A stretch of DNA of 64,000 nt from Cyanophyceae cyanobacterium (lineage in GTDB: Bacteria; Cyanobacteriota; Cyanobacteriia; Cyanobacteriales; Laspinemataceae), in NCBI GenBank assembly GCA_038321985.1, contig JBBQFN010000011.1:64001-128000 (forward strand). The letters are read 5' to 3'. The notes beneath the pieces were generated by a model that was not told the DNA's origin, did not search any database, and was given only the letters and a program-made list of their open reading frames with translations. Positions 1-10,695 of this stretch are shown here, piece after piece (the first letter of the stretch is position 1; each line of letters opens with the position of its first letter). A program made the translations under genes and the position numbers.

Positions 1-306
1 AATGGGGATTTCACGAGTATTTGGATGAGTTCTAAAAAACCGGAGTAACATCAACCCATCAATTTCGGGCATGACTAAATCCAGTAAAATTACCGTAGGT
101 TCACATTCCAGGGCCATTGGAATTGCCTGCACTGGATTTTGACAGTAAAAAAAATTAATATCTTTCTCCGAACCCAGTTTTCGCTTTAATACCTCTCCCA
201 CTAAGGGCCGGTCGTCGATCAGCAAAATGGTGATCGGGTAGCTCTTTTCAGAAAAACCTGAATTAATCTCTTGGGGGTACAAATGGCTATCTAGCGGCTC
301 TTCCAT
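1..306 (-). CDS. Response regulator, N-terminal REC domain, WspR-like (runs off the window edge)
   Basis: Manual translation from ATG at 306: MEEPLDSHLYPQEINSGFSEKSYPITILLIDDRPLVGEVLKRKLGSEKDINFFYCQNPVQAIPMALECEPTVILLDLVMPEIDGLMLLRFFRTHPNTREIPI. It has the LLIDD and DLVMP motifs. Not in the ORF track because it is partial. Confidence 0.85.
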   Translation of the reverse strand, partial: MEEPLDSHLYPQEINSGFSEKSYPITILLIDDRPLVGEVLKRKLGSEKDINFFYCQNPVQAIPMALECEPTVILLDLVMPEIDGLMLLRFFRTHPNTREIPI

Positions 307-1205
307 GGGTGTTTGTCCACAATTTAATTGAAAAAATAAGTCATTCCAATCTTTCTATAAATACCGTGATTATACGGAGTTTGCCGAAGTGATCTGTGCT
401 TCCTCTCTCCTGTGCATTGGTAAAAGTGAGTAAAATAGGCTATGAGATTGCCTAAGCCCAACTGGATTAAAGGAAAGTCATCGTCAAGATGGACTCTTTA
501 AATATATCAAAAAAACGGGTCAGTATCTATAAGTTTTATTGTTATGATGGATCACTTCATCATAACAATTTCGACCTATTAATAGAGGTAATAGGAGGGA
601 GAGTGAGCTTTTTGTTATCACAAAGCACTAATTTTGTCAAGTTTTCCGACAAGAGACCCATCCAGACTGTTTAAAAATTTTCCCACATCTAGTTTGATAG
701 GGAAATCGGAAAACTATTGATGGGAAACGAATATTGCCCTAGATTCAATGAAGCAAGTTAAATGCATAAAGTGAGGTAGAGCAATACCCAACCGACAAAA
801 AAGGCAACTATCGAGGTGCTAACGGTATGAACCCGAGTTTTATTTTCTAGGAAAACAAATAGTAAAGATTTTAGACGGTTCAGTTCTGTTTGCTACGACC
901 CGCTTCTCACTTTACCGAGGCGATCGCATTTATTTCTCCAGCCTCCCTCGAACGGGAAGCATATTTCTTCTTCGAGCATCCTGCCCTGAATTTGAGAAAA
1001 AAGGGTTAATCTGGATATTGATTTAGCAACTGTAGGCGAGAGGGGATATATGGGTTTAGAAGTGCGGGTTTTTACTCCATATAGACTTTAGGTATTTTGG
1101 GGTCAAAACCTACACCTTTAAGTTCATTCGGTCCCTTCGTTGATGTTTTGGGGACGGCACCGGATGGAGTTCCCGCCTCATTGAATCGGGCTATCTGTAA
1201 AAACC

Positions 1206-1778
1206 CTAGAGTTGTGAGTCTTCTCCATTCATCACCCCAGTTAAAAATTCAAGGGCTGTGATGCGCTGGGAGGGCGACTGCGAAGTAGATGGCGGAATGC
1301 TCCAACCCACTGCTGCCTCGGGCGATCGCCATAATGCCAAATGCTCCACAGGCGGATCCGCGTAGAAATTCTGGGTTCCGGACCCCAACAGGGCCGAACT
1401 CCAGTGAGTAAAATAATCATGACTGACGCGGTAGAGGGGAAAGGGGGCAAACAGCGGGACCCCCCAGCCATCAATCGCAACGAAAGCTCTCACCGGATAT
1501 TGAAGCGAATGTAGCACCCAGGCAGCCCCGAGGGCCCCGACAACTCCTGCACTAAAGCTGATCCAGATTAACGGTTCAGCAGTTGCGCGACTGGAGAAGT
1601 CGATCGCCCCGCTTTGGTGCAAAAACTGTAAGGTTTCTAAGGCACAATAGGGGCGATCGCTCGGGGGAACAATCCAAACCTGGGGAGTGCTGCCCGATGA
1701 AAATCGGTTAGGCAGCAAAGTCGAGACCAAACTTTCGGTCAATTGAGGATCATGAATTCCCGGACAAATAATCAACAC
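1206..1778 (-). CDS. Conserved hypothetical protein, alpha/beta-hydrolase-like
   Basis: 190 aa ORF with CPGIH, SFSAG (nucleophile-elbow-like) and DGWG motifs. Confidence 0.6.
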   Translation of the reverse strand: MLIICPGIHDPQLTESLVSTLLPNRFSSGSTPQVWIVPPSDRPYCALETLQFLHQSGAIDFSSRATAEPLIWISFSAGVVGALGAAWVLHSLQYPVRAFVAIDGWGVPLFAPFPLYRVSHDYFTHWSSALLGSGTQNFYADPPVEHLALWRSPEAAVGWSIPPSTSQSPSQRITALEFLTGVMNGEDSQL

Positions 1779-2174
1779 TAGACAAATGCCTTAATCCAAC
1801 TACAAATTTTTCTTTGCGCTTTCCTGCCATGATAGTCAAATTCTTTCAAAACAGAAAGAATTTAATCTGGTGGGAATCAAAACCATTGTTAGCCCGCCAA
1901 AGGTCCTGGAAAAAGCCCACGCAAGTGATCCGGTACGGGTAACGGAGGCAGCCGCCTCAAGCCATAGCCAAGGGAGCATTTTTGCCTTCCCGCTGGTTTA
2001 TAATAGTAACGAAGACAATACAGATTATTTGTGGAAGATTTGGCCTCGGGCTTTGCCCCAATTTCAGTTTATGTAAAAACAACAATATTCGTTTCTAGCC
2101 GGACATCGATAGGTTACCCGCTCGCGAATTTTAAAGGGTAAAGAATTATTAACCTAATAGTTATATTCCCAAAT

Positions 2175-2629
2175 ATGAAAGAATCATTAGAGGGAGAAAG
2201 GCAGAATGCCGGACCCCTTAACTGTACAATTGGGATGATAATGATTGACTTAGACTATTTTAAGCCGTTTAATGATAGTTACGGTCATGAAGCCGGAGAG
2301 TTTGTGTGGATCGAACTCGCGGGATTTCGGGGAAAATTCATTCGTAATTCTAAGATAGGATGTCGGTATGGGGTGAAGAGTTGAGGTTAATTGTTCCGGA
2401 CGCTCCGTTAGAGGTGATTGACTCACAAACACCGAGGTTGCGTAAAGGGATTGAGCCCTTAAATATCTTGTATCGTCAAGAGCCTAGGGGATCGATTACC
2501 CTATCAATGGGGGTTGTTAGTTTTGCGGAACAGAGTCAAACTCCGCTGAGGGTGATTCCATCGGCAGATGTAGCACTCTATCAATCTAAGGCAAAAGGAG
2601 GCGATCTCGTAACCCTTGCGCTACTCTAA
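2175..2629 (+). pseudogene. Frameshifted GGDEF (diguanylate cyclase) domain pseudogene
   Basis: ORF 2175-2384 (MIDLDYFKPFNDSYGHEAG...CRYG) and ORF 2360-2629 (EELRLIVPDAP...ADVALYQSKAKG) join if one G is restored in TATGGGGTGAAGAG near 2370, giving YGGEEL. Confidence 0.85.
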
Positions 2630-2752
2630 TGGATGTGATGAATGCTCCCGGAGCGATCGTCTCCCTGCACCGATGTTTCCGGCCCGATACTCAAAAGGGA
2701 CCCCATAAAAGGACATAAACCTTGCTGTTACCCTTGCATAAACAATAGAACG

Positions 2753-3130
2753 ATGCCGTTAATTTTAATTGTAGATGATGCCCAATTTACTCGTCGGGTT
2801 ATCTGTAAATCCTTGCAAAAACAGGGTTATCTTACCCGAGAAGCCTGCAATGGGCGAGAGGCGATTGGCCTGTTAGATGGGGAAGTACCGGATTGTATTT
2901 TATTAGATTTACTTATGCCGGAATTTGACGGATGGGATGTTTTAACTTTTTTAAAAGACAATAACTATACCATTCCGGTGATTGTTATTACAGCAGATAT
3001 TCAAGAGACATCCCGTCAACACTGTTTTGATTTGGGAGCCAAGGCAGTGATTAATAAGCCGCCTAAACCTGACGAATTGAATAATGCCCTGAAAAAAATC
3101 TTGGGTTATACAGAGGAGAATGCCCGATGA
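2753..3130 (+). CDS. Single-domain CheY-like response regulator
   Basis: ILIVDD, LLDLLMP and KP motifs. Start set at ATG 2753 rather than 2642. Confidence 0.9.
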   Translation: MPLILIVDDAQFTRRVICKSLQKQGYLTREACNGREAIGLLDGEVPDCILLDLLMPEFDGWDVLTFLKDNNYTIPVIVITADIQETSRQHCFDLGAKAVINKPPKPDELNNALKKILGYTEENAR

Positions 3131-3744
3131 ATTTGACAGTTGACCAACTGGATGCCTTGCAGGAATTGGTCAACATTGGTGTTGGCAGAGCAGCAAGTGT
3201 CCTCAATGAAATGATTGAGTGTCACATTTGCTTGCAGGTTCCATTTATCCGCGTATTTTCTCAAAAACAAATGAAGGAGGAACTAGAAACTCGCCTAGGA
3301 GTTTCTCTGGTTTCTGCGGTACGTTTGGGCTTTAGTGGATCATTTAGTGGCCTTGCCCAGCTTGTTTTTCCTACGGATAGCGCCTCGAAATTAGTGGCGT
3401 TGTTGACCAATGAGGAAGTGGGAACGGCTGACCTTGATGCGGTTAAAATTGGGACCCTGACCGAAGTCGGCAATATTGTGATCAATGGGGTGATGGGTTC
3501 AATGAGCAATTTGCTCAAACAGCATCTGAATTATTCCCTCCCCATTTATTTAGAAGATACGGTCGAACACTTGTTGACGTCCAAGCAGCTAGAGTCTAAT
3601 ACTACTATTTTATTGGCTCAGGCTCGGTTTACCATTGAGAAACTCCAAATTGCTGGGGATATTATCTTGATTTTTAAGGTAGGTTCTTTTGACGCCTTAC
3701 TAAGCGCCATAGAGATGATAGATAATGAGGGTGGTGAGGGGTGA
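3127..3744 (+). CDS. cheC: CheC-family phosphatase
   Basis: Two E-x-x-N motifs (ELVNIG and EVGNIV). ATGA overlap with the upstream regulator. Confidence 0.88.
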   Translation: MNLTVDQLDALQELVNIGVGRAASVLNEMIECHICLQVPFIRVFSQKQMKEELETRLGVSLVSAVRLGFSGSFSGLAQLVFPTDSASKLVALLTNEEVGTADLDAVKIGTLTEVGNIVINGVMGSMSNLLKQHLNYSLPIYLEDTVEHLLTSKQLESNTTILLAQARFTIEKLQIAGDIILIFKVGSFDALLSAIEMIDNEGGEG

Positions 3745-3754
3745 GGAAAAAAGA

Positions 3755-5233
3755 ATGAATGAGATCCAACAGGTTGAGGAAAAATTTGGAATTCTCGACC
3801 GCATCCCCGTCGGCGCTTGCGTCATGCGGGATGATTTTATTGTTCTATTTTGGAATAGTTGTTTGGAGGATTGGACAAAAATTCCCAAAGGGGAAATTGT
3901 GGGAAAAAACTTGAGCGATCGCTTTCCTCATTTAAAGCAACCGAAGTATCACCACCGCCTTAAACAAGTGTTTGAAGGAGGCCCCCCAACTATTTTTTCC
4001 TCCCAGTTGCACAAACACCTGATTCCAGCACCCCTTGCTGAGGGTGAGTTTCGTATCCAACATACGACGGTAACCGGGGTAGAATCCTTCAATGGGCGGG
4101 GGTTTTATGCACTGCTGGCGATCGAAGATGTGACTGACCTTACCTGCCGCCTTCAAGGTTATCGGTCCATGCGCGATCGCGCTTTAGAAGAAATTGAGGA
4201 ACGCAAACAAGCGCAGGAAGCATTACATCAAAAAACCCTGGAACTTGAAGTTCGGCAGCGGGAATTAATCTTACTGAGTGAAATGAGCGATTTACTCCAA
4301 GCTTGTTTGACTGCCAAAGAAGCCTATAGCGCGATCGCCCAATCTTGTAAATTACTCTTTCCCAACATTCCCGGGGCTGTTTTTATTATTAACTCCCTGA
4401 ATAATTTGCTGGATGTCGTTGCTAGTTGGGGGATTAACTTTAGCACTCAGAAAGTATTTGCTCCCAATGAATGTTGGGCATTGCGACGGGGACGGGTACA
4501 TTTTGTAGGGAATATGCAAACGGGGTTAATTTGCCAGCATCTCTATCCCAATTTCTTACCTTCGGAATATTGCTGTGTCCCCATGATGGCACAGGGAAAA
4601 GCCCTCGGAGTGCTATATTTATCCGCCCCTAATAAAGGGCAATTATCCGATACCACCCAACTCTTAGCGATGACAGTCGCCGAACATATTGCCCTAGCCT
4701 TAGCGAATTTAAAATTGCGGGAAACTCTGCATAACCAAAGTATCCGAGACCCCCTAACTGGCTTATACAATCGCCGCTATTTAGAAGAATCCCTCGATCG
4801 GGAAGTCTATCAAGCTGAACTTAAGGGATGTCCCCTCTCCGTGATCATGATTGATGTTGATCATTTTAAACAATTTAATGATACCTTCGGTCATGAAGCA
4901 GGAAATGAAGTGTTGCGACAATTGGGAGAGTTTTTTCAAAAAAATATCCGCCCCAGCGATATTCCTTGTCGCTATGGAGGGGAAGAGTTTACCTTAATCT
5001 TACCTGATGCACCTCTATCGGTAACTTGCGATCGCGCCCAAAGATTGAGAAAACAAATAAAATTGTTACAGGTCGAATATGGAGGCCAATCTCTGGGGTG
5101 CATCACCCTCTCTTTAGGCGTTGCCAGCTTTCCCCAACATGGAAAAACAGGGTTAGGCGTACTTCAGGCCGCTGACATTGCCCTGTATCAAGCTAAAGCT
5201 GCCGGTCGCGATCGCGTAGTAATGGCATCCTAA
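3755..5233 (+). CDS. PAS-GAF-GGDEF diguanylate cyclase
   Basis: N-terminal PAS-like region, GAF (CWALRRG, CVPMMAQG), DPLTGLYNRR, RYGGEEF active site and RPSD I-site. Likely start is ATG 3755 (ORF track gives 3725). Confidence 0.92.
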   Translation: MNEIQQVEEKFGILDRIPVGACVMRDDFIVLFWNSCLEDWTKIPKGEIVGKNLSDRFPHLKQPKYHHRLKQVFEGGPPTIFSSQLHKHLIPAPLAEGEFRIQHTTVTGVESFNGRGFYALLAIEDVTDLTCRLQGYRSMRDRALEEIEERKQAQEALHQKTLELEVRQRELILLSEMSDLLQACLTAKEAYSAIAQSCKLLFPNIPGAVFIINSLNNLLDVVASWGINFSTQKVFAPNECWALRRGRVHFVGNMQTGLICQHLYPNFLPSEYCCVPMMAQGKALGVLYLSAPNKGQLSDTTQLLAMTVAEHIALALANLKLRETLHNQSIRDPLTGLYNRRYLEESLDREVYQAELKGCPLSVIMIDVDHFKQFNDTFGHEAGNEVLRQLGEFFQKNIRPSDIPCRYGGEEFTLILPDAPLSVTCDRAQRLRKQIKLLQVEYGGQSLGCITLSLGVASFPQHGKTGLGVLQAADIALYQAKAAGRDRVVMAS

Positions 5234-5354
5234 TCCACTCAGTCCGTTCACCCGTCGCAAGGGTTCAGTTGCGCGGATCAAAAAGCTGGGTAGAATGGAG
5301 GTAATACTCCATACGGTAGTTATAGGTCTGTTAAAAGTACCGCAACTTAGTGGA

Positions 5355-5392
5355 CCCCACCCTAACCCTCCCCTTGCCAAGGGGAGGGAACC
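5355..5392. repeat. Small dispersed palindromic repeat of cyanobacterial type
   Basis: CCCCACCCTAA-CCCTCCCCTT-GCC-AAGGGGAGGG-AACC hairpin. Similar GC-rich hairpin remnants occur near 19950-19975 and 60386-60420. Confidence 0.6.
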
Positions 5393-5508
5393 ATCAGATA
5401 AAATTAAAACGACTTTTGATACCCGGATTTGGTATAAAATAGTATTTGAATCCTAGAGGTTTGCCATCCTAAAGAAAGGATCTGACCTTCTTCTTTTATA
5501 CTATAAAT

Positions 5509-5593
5509 CTGCAAAACCGAAAATAGGTAATCCTTTTGGCCTTCTTGTCACCCCCGAGAAGGCCACACCCTGCATGGGTATTCGGTTTTAGCA
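5509..5593. terminator. Nested inverted repeat between convergent genes
   Basis: CTGCAAAACCGAA ... TTCGGTTTTAGCAG outer arms with inner TGGCCTTCT/AGAAGGCCA. Confidence 0.45.
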
Positions 5594-5644
5594 GGTTCTC
5601 ACATTAACCCTGAATCATTTAACCCCCAAAAATCCTACAGCCGA

Positions 5645-6451
5645 TTACAGCAAAGGATGTTGAGCCGGTATCCCAACCGGACGGGGAAATTCAGGACGAA
5701 TCGGAGCCACCTTTCGCAGATAAACACAAGTGCGAACACTGTCGGTAAGCGGGGTTGTAAATTTTTCAACAAAATCTACAATACCGCCCAGTTGTTCAAC
5801 ACCAACTGAGACGACTTGTGCCTCTTCCTCCGTCCAATGACCGCGATACAGAATCGCCACACCCCCCACTTTCAGTAAAGGAAGGGCATATTCTGCACAA
5901 ACCATTGTTGGACCGATCGCCCGCGCAAAAGCGAAATTGTAACGTTCCCGGTGTTGAGCGGCCCTGCCGATTTCTTCTACTCTTCCCACCAGTACCGCTG
6001 CATTTTCCATCCCCAACTGGTCAATTAAACTCTGGAGAAACGTCATTTTTTTACGAGTGGAGTCAAGGAGCGTCACCTGCCAATCTGGACAGACGATCGC
6101 CACCGGCAACCCTGGAAAACCAGCCCCCGTCCCAATATCGATCGCTCGAATAGGTTCATTTTCCTCGGAGGAAGGAACTCTCCCCAACTCAGGGGAAGAG
6201 ACTTCCGGGAATGGGGAACCCAACGGTTTAGATAATAAGGGAGTAATGCCCCGCACAGAATCCCACAGATGCTTTTCCCAAAACTCATCGGCTGCGGTAA
6301 TTCGAGTTAAATTTAGGGTTTGGTTTCCTTCGAGAATTCCTTCATAAAGGCTTTGAAATTCCCGTAGATGACCGGCATCCGGCTGCCAATTCATGGTTTT
6401 TTCCCATAACTTGACATTTTCGGGCAGGACTGGTTTGTAAGGTTCACTCAT
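5645..6451 (-). CDS. rsmG: 16S rRNA m7G527 methyltransferase
   Basis: NLTRIT, KHLWDS, DIGTGAGFPG, LDSTRKK and FPRPVGIP motifs. Confidence 0.95.
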   Translation of the reverse strand: MSEPYKPVLPENVKLWEKTMNWQPDAGHLREFQSLYEGILEGNQTLNLTRITAADEFWEKHLWDSVRGITPLLSKPLGSPFPEVSSPELGRVPSSEENEPIRAIDIGTGAGFPGLPVAIVCPDWQVTLLDSTRKKMTFLQSLIDQLGMENAAVLVGRVEEIGRAAQHRERYNFAFARAIGPTMVCAEYALPLLKVGGVAILYRGHWTEEEAQVVSVGVEQLGGIVDFVEKFTTPLTDSVRTCVYLRKVAPIRPEFPRPVGIPAQHPLL

Positions 6452-6641
6452 AGTTAATCGTTAAAATACACCCACTATTAGGTGCTGGTAAAGCAATTGT
6501 GCAACATTTAACCGATTCAAAGCTATGCAGCTTGAATGGGTATAGCATCACTGGTGGAGGTGATGACTATTGCTGCTCAGGAGTTAGGGGGTTGGCACTT
6601 TCATTTAGACTCGCCATAGAAGGCTAAAATCGGGCGATCGC

Positions 6642-7334
6642 TCAAGAACTAACCACTGAGAGTTGAGTGCTGATCGCGAGTTTATCCGGTTCGACAGTTT
6701 GCAGTTCCCCATGATTGAGGGTCCAGCAGCAATCGGCGATCGCCAATAGGTCCCCCGCGTCATGGGTTACCACCAACAAACTCCAGTGCTTTTTCAACTT
6801 CGCCAACAGCTTGACTAAATTGCAGCGCATTGACCAATCTAAACCCGCTGTCGGTTCATCCAGCAATAGCAAATGAGGCTGACGAATTAATTGTACCGCC
6901 AATGCTAGTCGCCGCTGCTGTCCTCCACTGAGAGATTGCGGGGCTGTATGGAGGGACAAATCATCTAGACCCACTTCTTGTAACGCTTCATGGACCCGGT
7001 CAGATCCTAGTTCGGGATGCCCTAAGCGCAACTCTTCCAGAATCGTCCCACAACAAAAATGTCGTTCGGGAAACTGAAAAACTAAGCCCCCGAGTTGTTG
7101 TAAGTGGGCCGGGGTCAACTGTTGATCTCGCCAGAAGATCTCACCGCTCGTTTTTTCGGCCAACCCCCCCAAAATTTCTAACAAGGTGGATTTACCAGAA
7201 CCGCTTGGCCCAATAATCAACCCTAACTGTTGCGGGGCAAATTCTAGGGCAATTGATTTCAGAATCGGCGTAGGAGTCGCGGTGGGGTGGTAGGTCAGGT
7301 TTTTTAGATAGAGCATTGAAACCCGTGTCAACAA
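6642..7334 (-). CDS. ABC/ECF-type transporter ATP-binding protein
   Basis: Walker A GPSGSGKS, VFQFPE, LSGGQQRR and LLLDEP. True start may be 7316. Confidence 0.9.
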   Translation of the reverse strand: MLTRVSMLYLKNLTYHPTATPTPILKSIALEFAPQQLGLIIGPSGSGKSTLLEILGGLAEKTSGEIFWRDQQLTPAHLQQLGGLVFQFPERHFCCGTILEELRLGHPELGSDRVHEALQEVGLDDLSLHTAPQSLSGGQQRRLALAVQLIRQPHLLLLDEPTAGLDWSMRCNLVKLLAKLKKHWSLLVVTHDAGDLLAIADCCWTLNHGELQTVEPDKLAISTQLSVVSS

Positions 7335-7532
7335 TAGGGGATTAAACTAGATTGCAGGGACCCCAGCGGGTTTTACTGCTTACTCTCTTTTTTATTTTGA
7401 CAAACTTATCAGCATTAAACTACTCCCCAAGGGTTTGGAACTTGCCCCTAATCAGGGCGTCAGTGACAGCGTAGCGTGGAAAGCATCCATTTTTAGCCCG
7501 GACTTCTCCTCTAACGGGATTAGGATTCTAGA

Positions 7533-8549
7533 ATGAAAATAACTGGCCTGGGTCGATGGCGACTCAATGGGAATTCAGAATTTTTGAGCATGATCAAGGC
7601 AAAACAGACGAGGCAGACTATGAACTATCGGTTTTCTATTGCGGGGCGGATGTTGGTCGCGATCGCGGGGACTGCTGCGATCGCCTTGACTTTCAATATC
7701 AGTCCGACTCTAGCTTTAGACCCCTTCCGCACCGAAAATCGCCAGGAGATCGGCGATCATACCGAAGCTGCTTTTAAAGCCCTATTTGAACAGGGCAATT
7801 ATCAAGAGGCACTGCGCAAACTCCAACAAGCGGAACAGACGGAACCCAATGAACCCTTAGTTTATGCGATGCAGGGCGCTTTGGCCTATTTAGATGAAGA
7901 CTGGGATCGCTTGAATGATTATGCCACTCGCACGCGGACTGCTGCCGAAGCCTTGTTGAGCGATAATCCCTTACGGGGCAATCTTTATCTAGCCGTGGGT
8001 CATTTTTTAGAGGGCGGTTATATTATTAGTGCCGAAGGCACTTTGCAGGGCGTTCCTAAAGCAATGGGTAAACTTCGGGAAGTGTTTAAGTATTTTGATG
8101 CGGCTGCCAAAATAGAGGCCAACGATCCCGAATTGAATCTAATTAAAGGATTCATGGATTTAATGTTGGCGGTGAATCTCCCCTTTGCCAATGCCGACGA
8201 TGCGATCGCCCGCTTAGAAAATTATGCCGCTCCTGCTTATTTAGCCTATCGCGGTATGGCCGTAGGTTATCGGGATTTAGATGATGTTGATAAAGCCTTA
8301 GTTGCAGTGAATCGGGCCATAGAACTCACCCCGAATAATCCGGAACTGTTTTATCTAAAAGGGCAAATTTTGGTCAAAAAAGGTAACGACCAGAAAAATA
8401 TGGAATTGCTGCAACAAGCAGAATCTAATTTTCAGACTGCCCTGGTTGACTCTGATGAGAAATTTCCCCAAACTTTAAGACGACAACTCCAAAGAGAGCG
8501 AGATCGCAACGTCCGCAAAATGCAAGAATTAGAAGCAGCTTCCCGATAA
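7533..8549 (+). CDS. Exported TPR-repeat protein (Sll0314/Alr1548-like)
   Basis: Signal peptide ending ALDPFR followed by TPR helices. True start probably near 7620. Confidence 0.75.
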   Translation: MKITGLGRWRLNGNSEFLSMIKAKQTRQTMNYRFSIAGRMLVAIAGTAAIALTFNISPTLALDPFRTENRQEIGDHTEAAFKALFEQGNYQEALRKLQQAEQTEPNEPLVYAMQGALAYLDEDWDRLNDYATRTRTAAEALLSDNPLRGNLYLAVGHFLEGGYIISAEGTLQGVPKAMGKLREVFKYFDAAAKIEANDPELNLIKGFMDLMLAVNLPFANADDAIARLENYAAPAYLAYRGMAVGYRDLDDVDKALVAVNRAIELTPNNPELFYLKGQILVKKGNDQKNMELLQQAESNFQTALVDSDEKFPQTLRRQLQRERDRNVRKMQELEAASR

Positions 8550-8824
8550 CTCCTAAAACTTCTTCTTAAAACCTGCTATAGCTTTTTTTACAGGTAGGAG
8601 GTGCATTCTTTGGGAGTGCGAGCATCTTGCTCGCTTGTGCGGCCTGCCCCTAATCCATGCCCCCGGCTTTACACAATCCAAAGTCCATATCCTAACCATC
8701 ATATCTGTAACTTACCGGAGGGGAAAACTCTATATTTTCACCGATGCCTAGATATGTTAATCTATAGGCGTCGGTTTTTTTTTGACCTTTAATCTCCCCT
8801 TCAAGTAGAGAACAGCAAAGAAAT

Positions 8825-9277
8825 ATGCAAGTAGAGTTTCGGGAGTTTAATCCCTTTGATCTTTGGATCTGGTTGGAGTTTAGCACCAGTCCGGGTAAGA
8901 GTGAAAAGCAGTATGTTGAAGAAGTCTTCGATTCTTGGTTTTTCCTAGGCAAACTCGGAGGATTTAATGCAGAAAATCTCCAAGTCCAGGATACCGGATT
9001 GGAGATTAGCTATATGCAGTACGATTCCCTTACCGCTGAAAAGAGCTTGATGGCGGTCATGCACAATATGGGGGGTTTTGAATATAACAGCACCTGGGCG
9101 CGGTGCTGGTTCGATCTGGGTACCAGTGATGCGATCGCCATCGATGTTCTGGTCAATGCCCTTGATCGCCTCAGTCAAGAATTTGTAGTTATCGAACGTC
9201 TGATTATCGGCGGTGAAAATTCCGATTGGCCCGTGATCGATAGCGAAAGTCGTTCTCAGTTTGCTGAGGATAATTAA
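8825..9277 (+). CDS. DUF3531 family protein
   Basis: MQVEFREFNPFDLWIWLEF, GKLGGFNAENLQ and WFDLGTSD motifs. Confidence 0.8.
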   Translation: MQVEFREFNPFDLWIWLEFSTSPGKSEKQYVEEVFDSWFFLGKLGGFNAENLQVQDTGLEISYMQYDSLTAEKSLMAVMHNMGGFEYNSTWARCWFDLGTSDAIAIDVLVNALDRLSQEFVVIERLIIGGENSDWPVIDSESRSQFAEDN

Positions 9278-9343
9278 TTTTAATCTTTTACAATTTTCCC
9301 AGAAATCTACCTGGGAAAATTAACCTTAAACCGGGATAAAACC

Positions 9344-9778
9344 ATGAATAAAAAGCCAAAAATTCGAGTTATTACCTTGGGACTCATTCAAGAGGAAGGT
9401 CGTCTCTTTTTATCGGAAGGTTATGATGTCGTCACGCAACGACACTTTTATCGACCGTTAGGAGGCGGCATCGAATTTCATGAAACCAGCCTAGATGCTT
9501 TACAGCGAGAGTTTCAAGAAGAAGTTCAAGGGGATTTAATTAATATTCACTACCTCGGTTGTCTGGAAAATATTTTTATTTATAACGGTAAACCCGGCCA
9601 CGAAATCATCCAACTCTATCGCTGTGACTTTGGCGATCGTAAATTTTCTCAACTCGACTCCCTCACCTTTTTTGAAGGAAAACGAGAAGTTACGGCTAGG
9701 TGGGTCGAGATAGACCGATTTACCTCCGGTGAACTGATGCTAGTTCCCGAGAAAATTTTAGACTTTATTCAACCTTAA
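9344..9778 (+). CDS. NUDIX hydrolase
   Basis: Nudix box GGGIEFHETSLDALQREFQEE. Confidence 0.88.
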   Translation: MNKKPKIRVITLGLIQEEGRLFLSEGYDVVTQRHFYRPLGGGIEFHETSLDALQREFQEEVQGDLINIHYLGCLENIFIYNGKPGHEIIQLYRCDFGDRKFSQLDSLTFFEGKREVTARWVEIDRFTSGELMLVPEKILDFIQP

Positions 9779-9905
9779 AAATTTATAGCGGGAGTTTAAA
9801 TCATTCTAACCCTAGAATAATTCAGGGGGAAGAATTTTCTAATTCCTCAAGATGCGTCATCCACTTAAAATAGATTAATCCAAACCCGAGTGAGGGAATT
9901 AAACC

Positions 9906-10556
9906 ATGCTACTAGAAATTAATAGAATAACGGTACCACCGGGACAGCGAGTATTGCTTAAAGATGTAAGTTGGAAGGAACTTGAAGCCATTTTACAAGA
10001 CTTGGGCGAAAATCGAGGAGCGCGAATTGCTTACGATAACGGAACCTTAGAAATCATGACGCCCCTACCAGAACACGAAACCGGGAAAGTTTTAATTAGC
10101 AACTTGGTAGAAATTCTCCTAGAAGAACTCGACATTGAATTTTGGTCCCTCGGTTCGACTACGTTTAAAAATCAAGTCATGGCACAAGGCATCGAACCGG
10201 ATAACTGTTTTTACATCAAAAATGAAGCGGCAGTTCGGGGTAAAAACCGACTAGATTTGACGGTAGATCCTCCCCCAGATTTAGCTTTAGAAATTGATGT
10301 GACCTCGCGTACCCATCCGACAATTTATCAAGGGTTAGGAGTGCCGGAATTGTGGCAGTTTGATAAAAGGATGCTCAAAATTAACCTACTACAAGAAGAT
10401 GGGACCTATAAAGAAGGTGACCGCAGTCAAATTTTCCCTAATTTTCCCTTAACTGAGGTAATTCCCGAGTATTTAGAGCGAGCAAAAAATGAAGGGAGAA
10501 ACAAAACTATGAAAGCATTTCGCGCCTGGGTTCGAGTAATTTTAACAACCTTGTAG
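9906..10556 (+). CDS. Uma2 family endonuclease
   Basis: LEIMTPLPEHE, EPDNCFY, PPPDLALEID and GVPELW motifs. Confidence 0.9.
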   Translation: MLLEINRITVPPGQRVLLKDVSWKELEAILQDLGENRGARIAYDNGTLEIMTPLPEHETGKVLISNLVEILLEELDIEFWSLGSTTFKNQVMAQGIEPDNCFYIKNEAAVRGKNRLDLTVDPPPDLALEIDVTSRTHPTIYQGLGVPELWQFDKRMLKINLLQEDGTYKEGDRSQIFPNFPLTEVIPEYLERAKNEGRNKTMKAFRAWVRVILTTL

Positions 10557-10663
10557 GGGGTGTAGCCTGTCCCTTCATTCTTATCCATCCTAAAAGCCGG
10601 TCAACACCCTGTTCACCGGCACCCCTGAGTTATTGTGGGTCAGAGTCTAAACTTCTAAATCCC

Positions 10664-10687
10664 TCTAAAATCTAAAATCTAAAATCT
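10664..10687. repeat. Heptamer tandem repeat (TCTAAAA)n, STRR-like
   Basis: About 3.4 copies read directly from the sequence. Confidence 0.7.
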
Positions 10688-10695
10688 CTGATTCC

